A stretch of 63,864 bases of DNA, filler included, from Klebsormidium nitens (taxonomy: Eukaryota; Plantae; Klebsormidiophyceae), in the NCBI GenBank assembly GCA_000708835.1. It is 6 parts of 6 records of this genome, joined end to end, with 100 filler letters (N's around TTAATTAATTAA, not from the genome) between each part and the next. Parts side by side here need not be neighbours in the genome. Positions count along the whole stretch, not along the records: positions 1 to 24,561 come from DF237850.1; 5 more parts are not named here. One strand, written 5' to 3'. How positions within the stretch are numbered: position 1 is the stretch's first letter; each line of letters opens with the position of its first letter. Shown in pieces: positions 12,101 through 22,700 of the stretch. The position numbers were made by a program, and so were the translations under genes. Under the pieces are notes generated by a model that was not told where the DNA came from, made no database searches, and worked only from the letters and a program-made list of their open reading frames with translations.

Positions 12101-12410
12101 ATGCTGATCCCAGGACCATCCAACACCGGCAAGCGACGTGTGGAGCCTAGCTTGCATTCTGGTGGAGATGATCACCGGCGTGCGGCCCCACAACCTGGTC
12201 CCCGATCTTGAGGAGTGGGTTGGCGAGGCGAAGCACTCTCCAAAGCTGCCCGCCCCTTCCGAGATAGGGCCACCTACTGGGATTGGGCCTGCTCTTCATG
12301 AGACACTGCAGGCTTGCTTCAAGCCTGATGCTGAGCAGCGTTTACGGCTCGGTGGCTCTGATGGGTTGTTGCGACGTCTTGAGATCTACCATGCAGCGGT
12401 GAGTAGTTGA
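9197..12410 (+). CDS. MLKL-like protein: N-terminal four-helix-bundle (MLKL/RPW8/HeLo-like) domain, helical linker and C-terminal pseudokinase
   Basis: Exon 1: MASILGVVTGVIGIVDFAIKQVTKISEL...ELVLTEPLLQYIKEY...LVILSQAIWDARVTIEEV...WKRYRRAKAIGANLERC. Exon 2 (9867-10352) is helical/coiled-coil. Kinase exons: LVMVKFF, GIVMKNYEG, IIGDLSPR|GIFL, IADFGLSR, YLAPEVW, DVWSLACILVEM. Small 3' exons may follow (e.g. 12620-12643). Confidence 0.75.
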
Positions 12411-14059
12411 CGCTCAATTCAACCCCTACAAGACTGGTTGACTGGAAGGTTTCTTTGGTGCATTACTGGGAAAAGCATGAGCCAATGCTGCCTTGAGTGT
12501 TTGCGCTATGTAGCAATCTGAGTTACGTAGTGTTCCAAGCGAAGCCTGATCCAAAAATCAGCATGCTGCGTACCAACACTCCAACTATCATTGATGTTCA
12601 AAGTTATTGTGCTTGACAGGAGGTGAGCGGAAGGCCTGAGCAGGTGAGTATTGTTGCGGACACGTAGACTTGACGTTCTGTGTGTATAAAGGACAAATCA
12701 GGTTGTAGTCTGTGTTTGTCGAGTATCAAATTCTTTTGCCCTTGGAGCTTCATATTGCCTTGATGATTCATGGATAGGTGCATAAAGAGGTCTACACATG
12801 AATCAGCCTGTTCTTGGCAAGTAGCAGTTTCTCACAGGTGTTGAAGGTGTCTTGTTGCGCTAAGGCTTCAAGGTTTGGTTTGGGACAAGAGGTTGCCTTT
12901 CCCTCCGCCCGGGGCTTGCATTGAAAGGTGGCTCGCTTGCTTCACTCTTGCAGCTGTGAACCTGAAGAAGAGCTTGACACAGTTGTCTAACCATATTCAA
13001 TCACGTCTGAGCATTTGCAATAAGGTGTACGCCAGGAAATTTTTTATTCTTTTTTTTTCTTTTTTCCGTCGAGTCTTTTTAATGTGGAGATCATGCTTTT
13101 TTGGAACTCCCAGGCCTATGGAAACTTCAGGCTAGGCATCTAAGAAGTGATTTATATGTTATCTCAAGGAATGTTGGTTTGAAGTTGTTCAAAAAGTCTC
13201 TAAGATATTGTAGTGGCTCAACTGACCGCTCAAGTCTAGCTGTTTGCTCTAATCTGTTCATATACGTGTGCATGTTTGAGATATTAGACAGATTTTCACA
13301 TGGCAAGCAGCCATAGCAGGCTACAATGTCGACCTTTTAACATGACGGCAGCTATAGCAAGCTGCATCATGTATCAACCATTGTCACACCCCCGAGCAGG
13401 GCTCTTCGGTGCGCTGTCCGAAATATACTTGTGTGTAGATCTCGTCGCTTTGACACGATGACCAGCGCCGAGTTGGTGATTGCACTCCTCATCCTCTCCG
13501 ACGTAACTTTAGCACTTGCATGTGATAAGGAACCGGAGTGGAGTGAAAATTGGTTGACGTTGTCATGATAGGGTTCGCCGCTAGCTCCTTGATACTCAAT
13601 AGTACACGGTACTCGCATGCATGTACGAACCGTTGGACTCAGGGCTTCAAGCCATAAGCATTGATCTTCAAATGAATCGTCATGTCGATTGCTTGCCGCA
13701 AATTAAAGCTTCATTTGACGAGCGCGCATCTGATACCACTCCCAAGGGCTTGCCAACCATAGCCACGTCATGCATTAGTCTAGCGGCGACAGATTGATGA
13801 TCAGCTTGCACTTTACACGCATACTGTTCAACAACCAGCAGCAGCCAAGCAACTCGATCTGATATGATCAATAGCCCTTTAAAGCTGGGCCGGGCCATGC
13901 TCCTACACCTTCGAAGGCTGCCCATAAGATACCCCAGTCTCGAGCAGCTTGGATAGCACGGGGGACAGCTGCCTGAGGTCCGCAAACTGCCCGTCCGAGA
14001 GTGTCACCGGCTCAAAGAGACGCCGCGCCAGCAAGAGCCACAGGATCACGCTCTGGAGG

Positions 14060-14848
14060 TCCCGCGGGATGAGGATGTTGTCCGACTCCGAGCACCCTAG
14101 GTGGTAGAAGAAGCCCCTTCAAGGGCCCTCCGGACACCACCGCCTCCTCTCCTTGGCGTCCGCCCCACGTCCGACGACGTGTTGAACCAGTTGCTTGACG
14201 CAAAACGGCAGCAGCCCCATCGTCGTCTGCCAGAGAAGGCCGTCAGAGGAGAGTCAAGCAGGGGGGCTCATCTTGCGATCTACGCTCGTAATTCCCGGAC
14301 CGCAACCCGAGCGCTACTTTCCCATGCTAAGGGGCAACCATCTTCAACACCTCGAGCCTCTTCTTGATCTCCAATAGCTGCCTGTCACGAAACACATTAA
14401 GGATCGGTTCCATTATCGGCTCATCGTTGCTGATGGGAACCACCCGGGTTCGCTCGCCACCTCAACAGACAGACGCGTCTTGTGGAACTTGGAAGATATT
14501 GAACTGAGTGGTTTCGCCAAAGGACTCTTTACAAGACTAAGACAGTACCAGTGGCCTTCCCTGCGTCTAATCATCATAAAATTTTTCATAAACAGTAGAC
14601 ACAAAGGAGAGAACATGAATCTAAACAGTGAGCGACAATTAAAGTTGACTCTTTGCACATTGGTGATACAACATATGCACCAGAAAGCAACAGCATGTAA
14701 CATTGATGACATCACGATCAAGTGTTCCAAGTTAATGGATTGGCATGCATCATTATCACCAGCTCTCGCAAAAAGTATTGTAGCAGATGAAAGCACATTG
14801 AGGGCTTGTCTTGAGTACAACAATTTTTTCAAAGAAATTTGTGCGTAA
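14060..14848 (+). pseudogene. Decayed ORF, possibly containing a ParB/Srx-like motif
   Basis: Pieces joined across TAG stops (14098-14100, 14375-14377) and a probable frameshift read ...LDLQ*LPVTKHIKDRFHYRLIVADGNHPGSLA...WNLEDIELSGF.... The IVADGNH segment resembles the ParB-like DGNHR motif. Confidence 0.3.
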
Positions 14849-14863
14849 GGTTTTTATCAAGGT

Positions 14864-15289
14864 CTAGCGAGTAGACCATATTTTTTGGACAATCACGACA
14901 TCTTCGGCCTTAACACTATGGTAATTGAAGACGTCTGTGACTTGGCTGTCACTTGGGATCTGGCACTCGAGAACCAACTTCCATTTAGTGCCTTCGGCAT
15001 CTATATACCAAGAAGCGTGTGATTTTGCCACTTCAAAGCGAGTGCTAAACCAATATAGTTGTCGATCCTGTAAGAAGGCCGGGTCATCCTCATTGTGGAA
15101 GAAAGTCATTGCTTCAGCTTCGTCTGCAGCTTCTTTTGTTGTCTCGATTTTTGGTGCATGATAGACTTGAATAGACACCGCACGTGCCTCAGCTAAGCTC
15201 ACGTGTTGGGTGTCTTGCAATCTCTGCATGCAGATGAAAGTAGATAAGAACGTGGACAGAACCATTCTGGTGTGCGCAGGACAGTCCAC
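14864..15289 (-). CDS. Intronless hypothetical protein, possible ADP-ribosyltransferase fold
   Basis: 141-aa ORF with QVYHAP...LYWFSTRFEVAKSHA...LVLECQIP...EDVVIV, convergent with the 14480-14848 ORF (15-bp gap). Confidence 0.4.
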   Translation of the reverse strand: MDCPAHTRMVLSTFLSTFICMQRLQDTQHVSLAEARAVSIQVYHAPKIETTKEAADEAEAMTFFHNEDDPAFLQDRQLYWFSTRFEVAKSHASWYIDAEGTKWKLVLECQIPSDSQVTDVFNYHSVKAEDVVIVQKIWSTR

Positions 15290-16222
15290 TATGGAAATCC
15301 GTCAAGATGCAGACATGGGCACACGAGATTAGGGTTCCCTGGACTTTACCTGCTTATAACTTGTTGCACCCTTCTCCATCTCGTCTGCTCTGTTGCGCTG
15401 CTGGTATTGCGCTCCTCTCTTGGCATACCCTAAGCTGGCCTGCGATTGAGCATCCTGCAAGTTAGAACACTCAATTCAGGCGACGAAGAAGCGCATATAT
15501 GCGCGCAAGTTGAAGGAATCTTGTTAGAAGAACAGCAGAAAACGAAGGACAGGACCAGGGAGGGCTCACCGAACAGCCAGCCTGGTCACGTGCCGCTGCA
15601 ACTTCCTGGCTCCTTCTCTCCTTGTGCTCCGACCATGCAGGGCTCTCTGTTTGCCCCCCTTAGCCGGGGTAATACCCGCTGGCAGCTTTGAGCGTGAGTT
15701 GTCCAGTTGAGTAATCAGTAATCAAAATCGTGACAGGACGTGAGTCAAGTAGGTACAGGCAACAATTACCGCTTTACAGCTTACCATTAACGCTTTGCCA
15801 CGTAGCATTTGTGGAACGAGTAAATTTGGATTCACACAAGTGCGCGCATGCGCGGGCCACATTGTGTCGAACGTTGCAAAATCCAGTGGCACGTGTCTAT
15901 GAGGGTAGCGCGCGCGCACGCTTGCGGATAGCCGGAGGCAATGACCCCAAGGCTTAAAGGTTCTCTTGTCTTTAAGTACAGTTCCTAGACCCCTCGGTGA
16001 ACTACCGGGCACTTTTAGGGGAGCCAATAGAATTGCAGCATTCTTCTAGATGGGAGGCTGTGGGTGTATTTTGCTTAGAGTCAGCTTCCTTGTCTTTAAG
16101 TCCCAAGGCATTTCCAGACCACTTAAGGCTCTAGTCTTTAAATACTGTTCCTAGACCCTACCGGGGTAAATTCATCATCCAATAGGAGGAGAGTATTTCT
16201 CTAGATGAGAGGCTGAGGGTGT

Positions 16223-18805
16223 GATTTCATATTGGCTGGAATGCCTTTTTGGAAGAGCCTTATTGACAAACATGGCGAGCCTGACACTTTGAAAGCGACG
16301 ACTCCTAGTGGCGGTTTTCACTACTACTTTTCGTTTTCGGGCACCCTCAAAGATGGACTGAGGTCGGGAAAGAACTTCGTTGGTGTGGACGTCGATGGTC
16401 AAGTCTAAGGGATTGATGGCCGCGGCGAAGGAGGAATCGCATTCGCTCCACGAAGTTCGCTTGGTGAGGGTATAAAATACGAATGGAATGTCTCGCCGGA
16501 GAGGATCAATATTTCGACCGCTCCGACATGGGTGATCGAATTGATAAACGAGTGTGCCAGACGAGCTGGTCGTAACGGACAGATAAACACTCAAGGTGCA
16601 TTTCAAGCAATGCAAAGCTCAGAACTCGAAAAGCATGACGAGTTGCTTCTGCATTCTTCCTTTGCAGACGAAGCAGATTTGAACAAAGATTCAATAAACA
16701 CCCGAGACGCACGGGCATATGAGAAAACAATAGCAGATGCAATGATGAAGTTGCTGAGGGATGCTGGGTTGGACGAGAATGTTCAGTTCTCCGGAAAGGT
16801 CTCTTCTCGTGGCCCGTTTGGTTCACTATATTCCTTCGTCTGCAAAGGCCCTCGAATGTGCATTCATGGCCATTGCCACAACGGATCCAACAACTTAACA
16901 TTGATAAAAAGAGGCTGGGTCGTGCTCTATCGATGCTTTGGATCTGAGTGTTCGGAGAAGCCGCTTGTAGAAGTTGGAACTCTCAACCTCGCAGACTCAT
17001 TGCTAGATGCGAATCCTACAAAGTTGCATCCGACATTTGACCACTCGGTGTTTCCTAACAATTGCAAGGTGTTATCCGAGATAGAACGCCAATATTATGT
17101 GGATCTCATCAAACGCAACGTGATGCAACGCTATCGAGGGATGGCTGCCATTTTCAGTGTGATCTATGCCGTTGATGGACGCATACTTGCCGAAGGCAAA
17201 AACTTCCGGTATTGGAACTCACGACGCTGGCTGTCAGATGGTTCCTATCATGTGCAATCAGTTTTCTCGAGCCACATTTCGAGAATATTGAAATGGTATG
17301 AGAATCTCCGATTGACGGCATTCAAGCACGAAGTCTGGAAGCTTACGAAGGAATCTGGAAAATGGGGTTGCATAGCAGAAGCTTCGGAATACGCACTTCC
17401 AGAATGGGCAACCCGACCACAGAGCGAAGAAGAGAAGAAAGCATGCCGGCGAGCGTGGGAGCTCGTCTCAACCACATTACCTTTCCCTTCGAAAGGTGAC
17501 TCTACATGTCAGCTCATAGATCTGACACGTGGCTCTGAAGTGCGTATCTGTCTTGAACACGTTCTCAATTCGTTACAGATCCGGGAGGAACTGGATGCTC
17601 TGATGGACCAAGTCAACCCGTACCTATTTGCATGTGCAAACGGTACGCTGGAAACTACGACTGGACAATTGCTTGCACCACATCCTGCACAGCTGTGCTC
17701 GCGAGCTTCAAAGGTAGCCTTTCGTGGAATGCCTCAAGGCGAATCCCGCTTCGCTTCTTTTCTGTTGGATTGCTTCAACAACGACTGACAGGTTCTTGAT
17801 TGGTATAAGATGTATCTCGAATACTGCATGACGGCCGACACCAGCGAACAGATCTTTCTAGTAAAGCAAGGTGAGGGGAGCAACGGAAAAACACTCACGA
17901 AGATAGCATCCTTTGAGATCTTTGGTTCGTATGCTGTTGTGATGAGCAAGGATGTCATCATCGAAGCAGGTGGCAAGCGGTCCGCTGGTTCAGCTTCGTC
18001 CCACCTCATTGCGTTAAAGGGAGCAAGGCTGGCCGAATCGGATGAGTCAAACGAAAAGTCCGTTCTGAACGAAGCAACAGTCAAAGAGTACTCCGGAGGC
18101 GGCTCCGTTACAGCAAGAGAACTTCAAGGTAAGCAAGAGACCTTCATGGTGACGCATAAAGCAATTTTGAACACCAATTACAAGCCCGTTATGGAGAACG
18201 TATCTTTTAGTCTCATACGGCGTATGGCGCTTCTTCCAATGACTGTGGCTTTCAAGTCGGCTGAAAAAGTCAATCCGAGAAAATCCAGAGAGAAGCCCAA
18301 AGATCCTACCTTGGAAGCTTACTTGAAGTCTGATGAAGGTCGAGAGGATGGACTTTCGTGGATCGCAGCGGGGGCAAAGCGCTACTTCGACTTGAAACGG
18401 GCGAATCCTGGCGTTCTGGTCCTTGAAAAGCGCCCGAAGGCTATGGAAGACGCCCTGAAAGCGTATGTCAACGACAGCGATATTGGCAAACGATTCATCG
18501 AAGAATGCTGCGAGTTCGAAGAGTTGCAACAAGGAGCACGTGCGAAGTGGCACTTGGCACTAGGCGAAAGGCTGGGTGACGCGTTCCGGACTTGGATCAG
18601 AGAAGAAGAGTTATCGAGTTCACTCACCGCTCAAGCACTGAAGAAACGAGTCGTACTATATGCTGATGGCACCAATCATACAGTTGAAGATGGCCGTTTT
18701 ACAGACAAGACAGTGCAAGACAAAGGCCAATTCAAAGGCCTTAGCGGGGTGCGTCTAAAGGCTGCCCTTTGCAATCAAGGCAGTGGATGTGGGTGGGGAG
18801 CTTGA
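16223..18805 (+). pseudogene. Primase-polymerase (PrimPol/Prim-Pol) + Zn finger + D5-like SF3 helicase of viral/MGE type, two in-frame stops
   Basis: One frame: TTPSGGFHYYF...GQV*GIDGRGEGGIAFAP...APTWVIEL (Prim-Pol domain, TAA at 16406-16408); CIHGHCHNGSNN...YRCFGSEC (Zn finger); YLFACANGTL (D5_N); NND*QVLDW (TGA at 17786-17788); Walker A GEGSNGKT; LKGARLAESDE; ILNTNYKP; RRM. Intronless. Confidence 0.88.
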
Positions 18806-18922
18806 TGCAGACAAGTATCGGTGGTGTTCGAGATTCGCATCCATGCTCCTCTTTTTGCTGTGTCTGTCATCGCAGACCATAAGTCTAAAAGACCTAAAAT
18901 TTAAGTCTTTTGTTTTTATATA

Positions 18923-19318
18923 TTATTTGCTTTTTATTATATGAAATAAGAAAGACTTAGAATCTGGGTCTTTTGGGCTGTTGGTCTGTGGCTTGATGAC
19001 GTCAGCAATTTGCCCACAGAGATACTTTGATCTAGAACTTTGACAGTTTGGACAATTGCATGTAACACTCCGATTCTCGATCATTTGTGCGTCTAATAGC
19101 TTCATCATGGTACTTGCCCGGACGTTTTTACCTTGCTCAAATCGATGGAGAGCCTTTCTCAAACACACGGCATCTTTGTTCAAATTGTAATATCGTTTCG
19201 ACCACTTACAAAAAAGCTCTGGATGATCAGTTCGATACTCATGCTCGTACTGGCGCCTGCGTTCAATGGCAGATTCAGATGGCACTCTGCAGAGAGCCAT
19301 TATATTACAAATTGGCAC
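18923..19318 (-). CDS. Small basic hypothetical protein, virus-like, with a CxCxxC motif
   Basis: 131-aa intronless ORF convergent with the helicase: KRYYNLNKDAVCLRKALHRFEQGKNVRASTMMKL...CNCPNC. Confidence 0.45.
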   Translation of the reverse strand: MPICNIMALCRVPSESAIERRRQYEHEYRTDHPELFCKWSKRYYNLNKDAVCLRKALHRFEQGKNVRASTMMKLLDAQMIENRSVTCNCPNCQSSRSKYLCGQIADVIKPQTNSPKDPDSKSFLFHIIKSK

Positions 19319-19630
19319 TACATAAGTTTTTTTGCAATCTGGACGAACAAAAACATACCACCTGTACCACCTCGAACCCCCAGATTCTATCGTTCCGTTT
19401 TTCAGGTGACTGCGTTTTTGTATTACGAATTGGCACTACATAAAGTATATATGTACCATCGAACCACCTGTACCACCTCGAACGATGAAGTTCTACCGTT
19501 TCCTTTTTTAGGGTTTGGTTTTTGAGAGCACTTGGAATTCGATGGTACGGTGGTACGGTGGTACGTAAAAACTTTATGCAGTGAGCTTTGCTAATATATA
19601 TATATATATTAGATGGTACATGGTGGTACA
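19303..19630. repeat. Iteron-like array of direct and inverted GTACCAC/GTGGTAC motifs (putative replication origin)
   Basis: TATTAC(A/G)AATTGGCACTACATAA occurs at ~19303 and ~19421, and ACCACCTGTACCACCTCGAAC at ~19357 and ~19463. Inverted TGGTACGGTGGTACGGTGGTACG lies at ~19543 and TGGTACATGGTGGTACA at ~19614, flanking an (AT)n run. Confidence 0.7.
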
Positions 19631-19783
19631 AAGAAAGGGTTCTTCCCTTCCACGTAAAACATCACACAAAAACATGATTATACCCCGAAAGCATCAGAAA
19701 AAGCAAAGAGCGCGTTGGGATCGATTTTTTTAACTCATTTGACGGCTGTATTTTACCTAAACTTGCTAAGCTCAGTCGATAAC

Positions 19784-22700
19784 TTACACATTGATTACAA
19801 GGAAACGGACCGCCTCCGTCCACAAATTCGCTCTACCGGCTATCAGGATCTTTGCGTTGTCGACCCGTGTGAGTTCCGAGTTTCGTCCGCTGATAAGATT
19901 AGCTAATATTACCATGAAGGCTTCTAGTCCGGAGTACCAGCCGAGCGTGGGCCTAAACTAACCAGGAAAGAATTGCAGCTTTCGACCGCAGAAGTATTGA
20001 CCCAGCGCACCGCGTCGTAGTAATCTGATACAGAAGACGGAAATAGATTAGCCTGGTAAATGCTCATAGCGATTGCGGTTGGCATGCAGAGTCAGCGATA
20101 ATAAGCGTTTGCGGGACAATGCAAAGTTGGTGTGCACGCTTGGGTGTCAGTCAAACGTGTTGCTGTGGTGTTGGAAGGCTGAGGCTTACCGGGGTTGAAC
20201 GAGGGTCCACACTTGTGGGCCTCAGCTCCCATGCGCTGGAAGTGAAACCTGCAGATAACACGTTGACGGTTAGATTTCGACCAAGCGCCTTTATTACCCA
20301 ACGCCCTTTTCTCGGAGCCAAGTATGCATCTTCCAAAACCAGGTTGGAGGGCCAGTGGGGGGCACCCTATGCAGCATGTCAAGGGACGGCGGGTATGTCA
20401 AAAGCACATGAGATCCAGTGCGGCTCAATGGCAAAAGTTGCAGGGCCGAGTCGAAGCTCTGAAGTCATCAAATCCAAAGAGGTTGAAAGAACGTACCTGT
20501 CGACCAGGAACCGGACGTCGGCGAAGAAAGCCGGTTCTCGCCTCATGCAATACGATTGAAGCTTGCACGCGTTGTCATAGAACATGTACCGGGGGAGGTT
20601 CCGTCGATCCAGTCGAGTGTAGAGCACGGTGAACGGATCGCGAGGTGACTCGCCACGGAGCATCGCGTGAAAACCGTAGATCACACGGTGCGGGCAACAA
20701 AAGACGAACCCGCCCTTGGTATGATTTTGCAGTCGCTTCGCGGACTTCGATCCCCCCTTGGAGGCCACCTCCGCGTCAAACCTGCCCACCGTGAGCCCGC
20801 TCTTGCACCGGTGCTCTTCGCTGCCCTCGATCGAGCGGCCTAGCTCGTCCTCGAAGGGCTTATATTGGGGAAGGGGGCGCTTCTGTTCCCACCCTGGCAG
20901 AGGGTAGCAACCGAGCACGCGCTGCTCCTTGCAGAAGGAGTGCTCTAGGGGAAGGGCTCCGCATGGTTCACCGTCCGGATTCAAGCCCAGCCGCTCGTTC
21001 AAGAGCTCCGTCTCAGGTACGTTGAGCGGGTACAACGCCGTAGAGGGCGCTGTCAAGCTCTCGACACCGGGGAGCAGGGCATTTGCTCGCGTCTCCCAGA
21101 ACTCGACGGCCTGCAGACAATCTGCGGTTCGGGTCCACGGGCGCTCCACGAAGTTGCGTGCTGCCCAGACGCAGTAGTCGAGACCCTCGATAGCGGACAA
21201 CGGCCAGCCAGCTCGTCCCACCCCGAGCCCGACAGCACCTCGGCCAAAGAGGGTCAGCCGATAGAGATGGTGCAACGCTGGGGTGAAATACCAGGGGAAA
21301 ACGAATCCGAAGTGGTCTAGCAACCGCCCCAGAATGGGGCGTGCTCAGCGAGGATCGCCTTATCATCTAGGTTGGCAACTCCCCCTAGGAGTAGCTTCCT
21401 GACCACGGCCAGAGCCTGCTTATGCTGAATCAGATTGCTGTCATCGGAGACCGACTGTGGCGTGCCGAACCCGTAGAGTAGCTCCGCCCATTTTGCGGGG
21501 CATCGCGGTGGTCGTAAAGGGGAAGCTCGCAGGGCCTCCGTCTTGATCCCCTCTAGGAGCGCCATCATTGCACGGTTCTTCGAACGGATCTGCCCAAACT
21601 GGTCAAGGAGAAGGCGCCGCCGCTCGAAGAAAAGCACTGGGTCAGCCTCTTCGTCGACGGGGTTCGGCACGAATTCTGAGGCCACCTGCACGTCCTCGCG
21701 GTCGAGTGCGGCCTGCAACTTGGAGATGAGGCGGCTAGAGACAGGAGCGTTGTCCATGAAGGTAGTTGGCCTACTACCTAATTGTACATTCAAGGCGAGC
21801 AATTGTACGGTTCCCAAGAGACAGCCTAGATCGGACGGTTGTGAATCCGGGAACAAATCGTTTTCCAGATATCAAAAATGCTTAAGTATTGGAATCAATT
21901 TTTGTTCCCGATTCGGAGGGGTCTACGAAATCCAGTCACGCCGTGCACGCGATCCTACCAGCCTCGTTGGACTAGCTTCAAGTCAGCTCACCAGCAATTC
22001 GTCGAACTCCACGTTGCTCAGCTTGGCTCCTAGATCAGGGTCGTCAGGATGATGCTGGCTGAAGCGCGCGATCAATGCACGCAGCTCCGGTTGGTGCACC
22101 AAGCGCCGCTTTAAACCTCCTCCACCCAGGGCGGCAGCACAGAAGTTCACCCCCGGCTCCATGAGCTTCACGACATTCACCCCCTCGGCGTCTTGACTCG
22201 GTGCCGTAAACGGTCGCAATTGCGCCGCGCTGGACCCAGCGAGCCCCCCCTTTTGTCGCCCGCCGTCGGCACAAGCCAGCCCGGCGATGCCGTCGCAGAG
22301 AAGTACCTCCGGGTGGGGCCCGCAGATGCTACAACATTCGAGAATGGAGCGTCCACATAGCTTGAAGAAGCCGAGACTCGCCCTCCGCCAGGTCCGTTGG
22401 ACACAGGCTTGGCGCTAGGTGAGTAGAACTGGCGGACGGCGTTCTTGGCCTCGATAAGGGCGTTACAAGCAGAACCGGTGCCTTGCACGCATCGCAGCAA
22501 GAGTTGGCAAGCCGCTTGTGTGACGATGATGCTTCTAGTCCAGGCGTACAAACCCAATGCCTCTCCGTTGAAGTGCACCGTGTGCTTCTCCGGACAAGTG
22601 CAGCAGTAGATGCGAACTTTCACCTGCACGCAAAAGTTCACATATTGACTAAGCAAGATCTACCTCAAGCGTGGGCCATCGGACAAGAAGCAAAACAAGA

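Noticed and set aside
1339-18805. Alternative genetic code (TAA/TAG = Gln) in the virus-like genes
   Set aside because: An in-frame TGA also interrupts the primase, host-type elements show the same stops, and normal genes end in TAA/TAG. Mutation explains it better.
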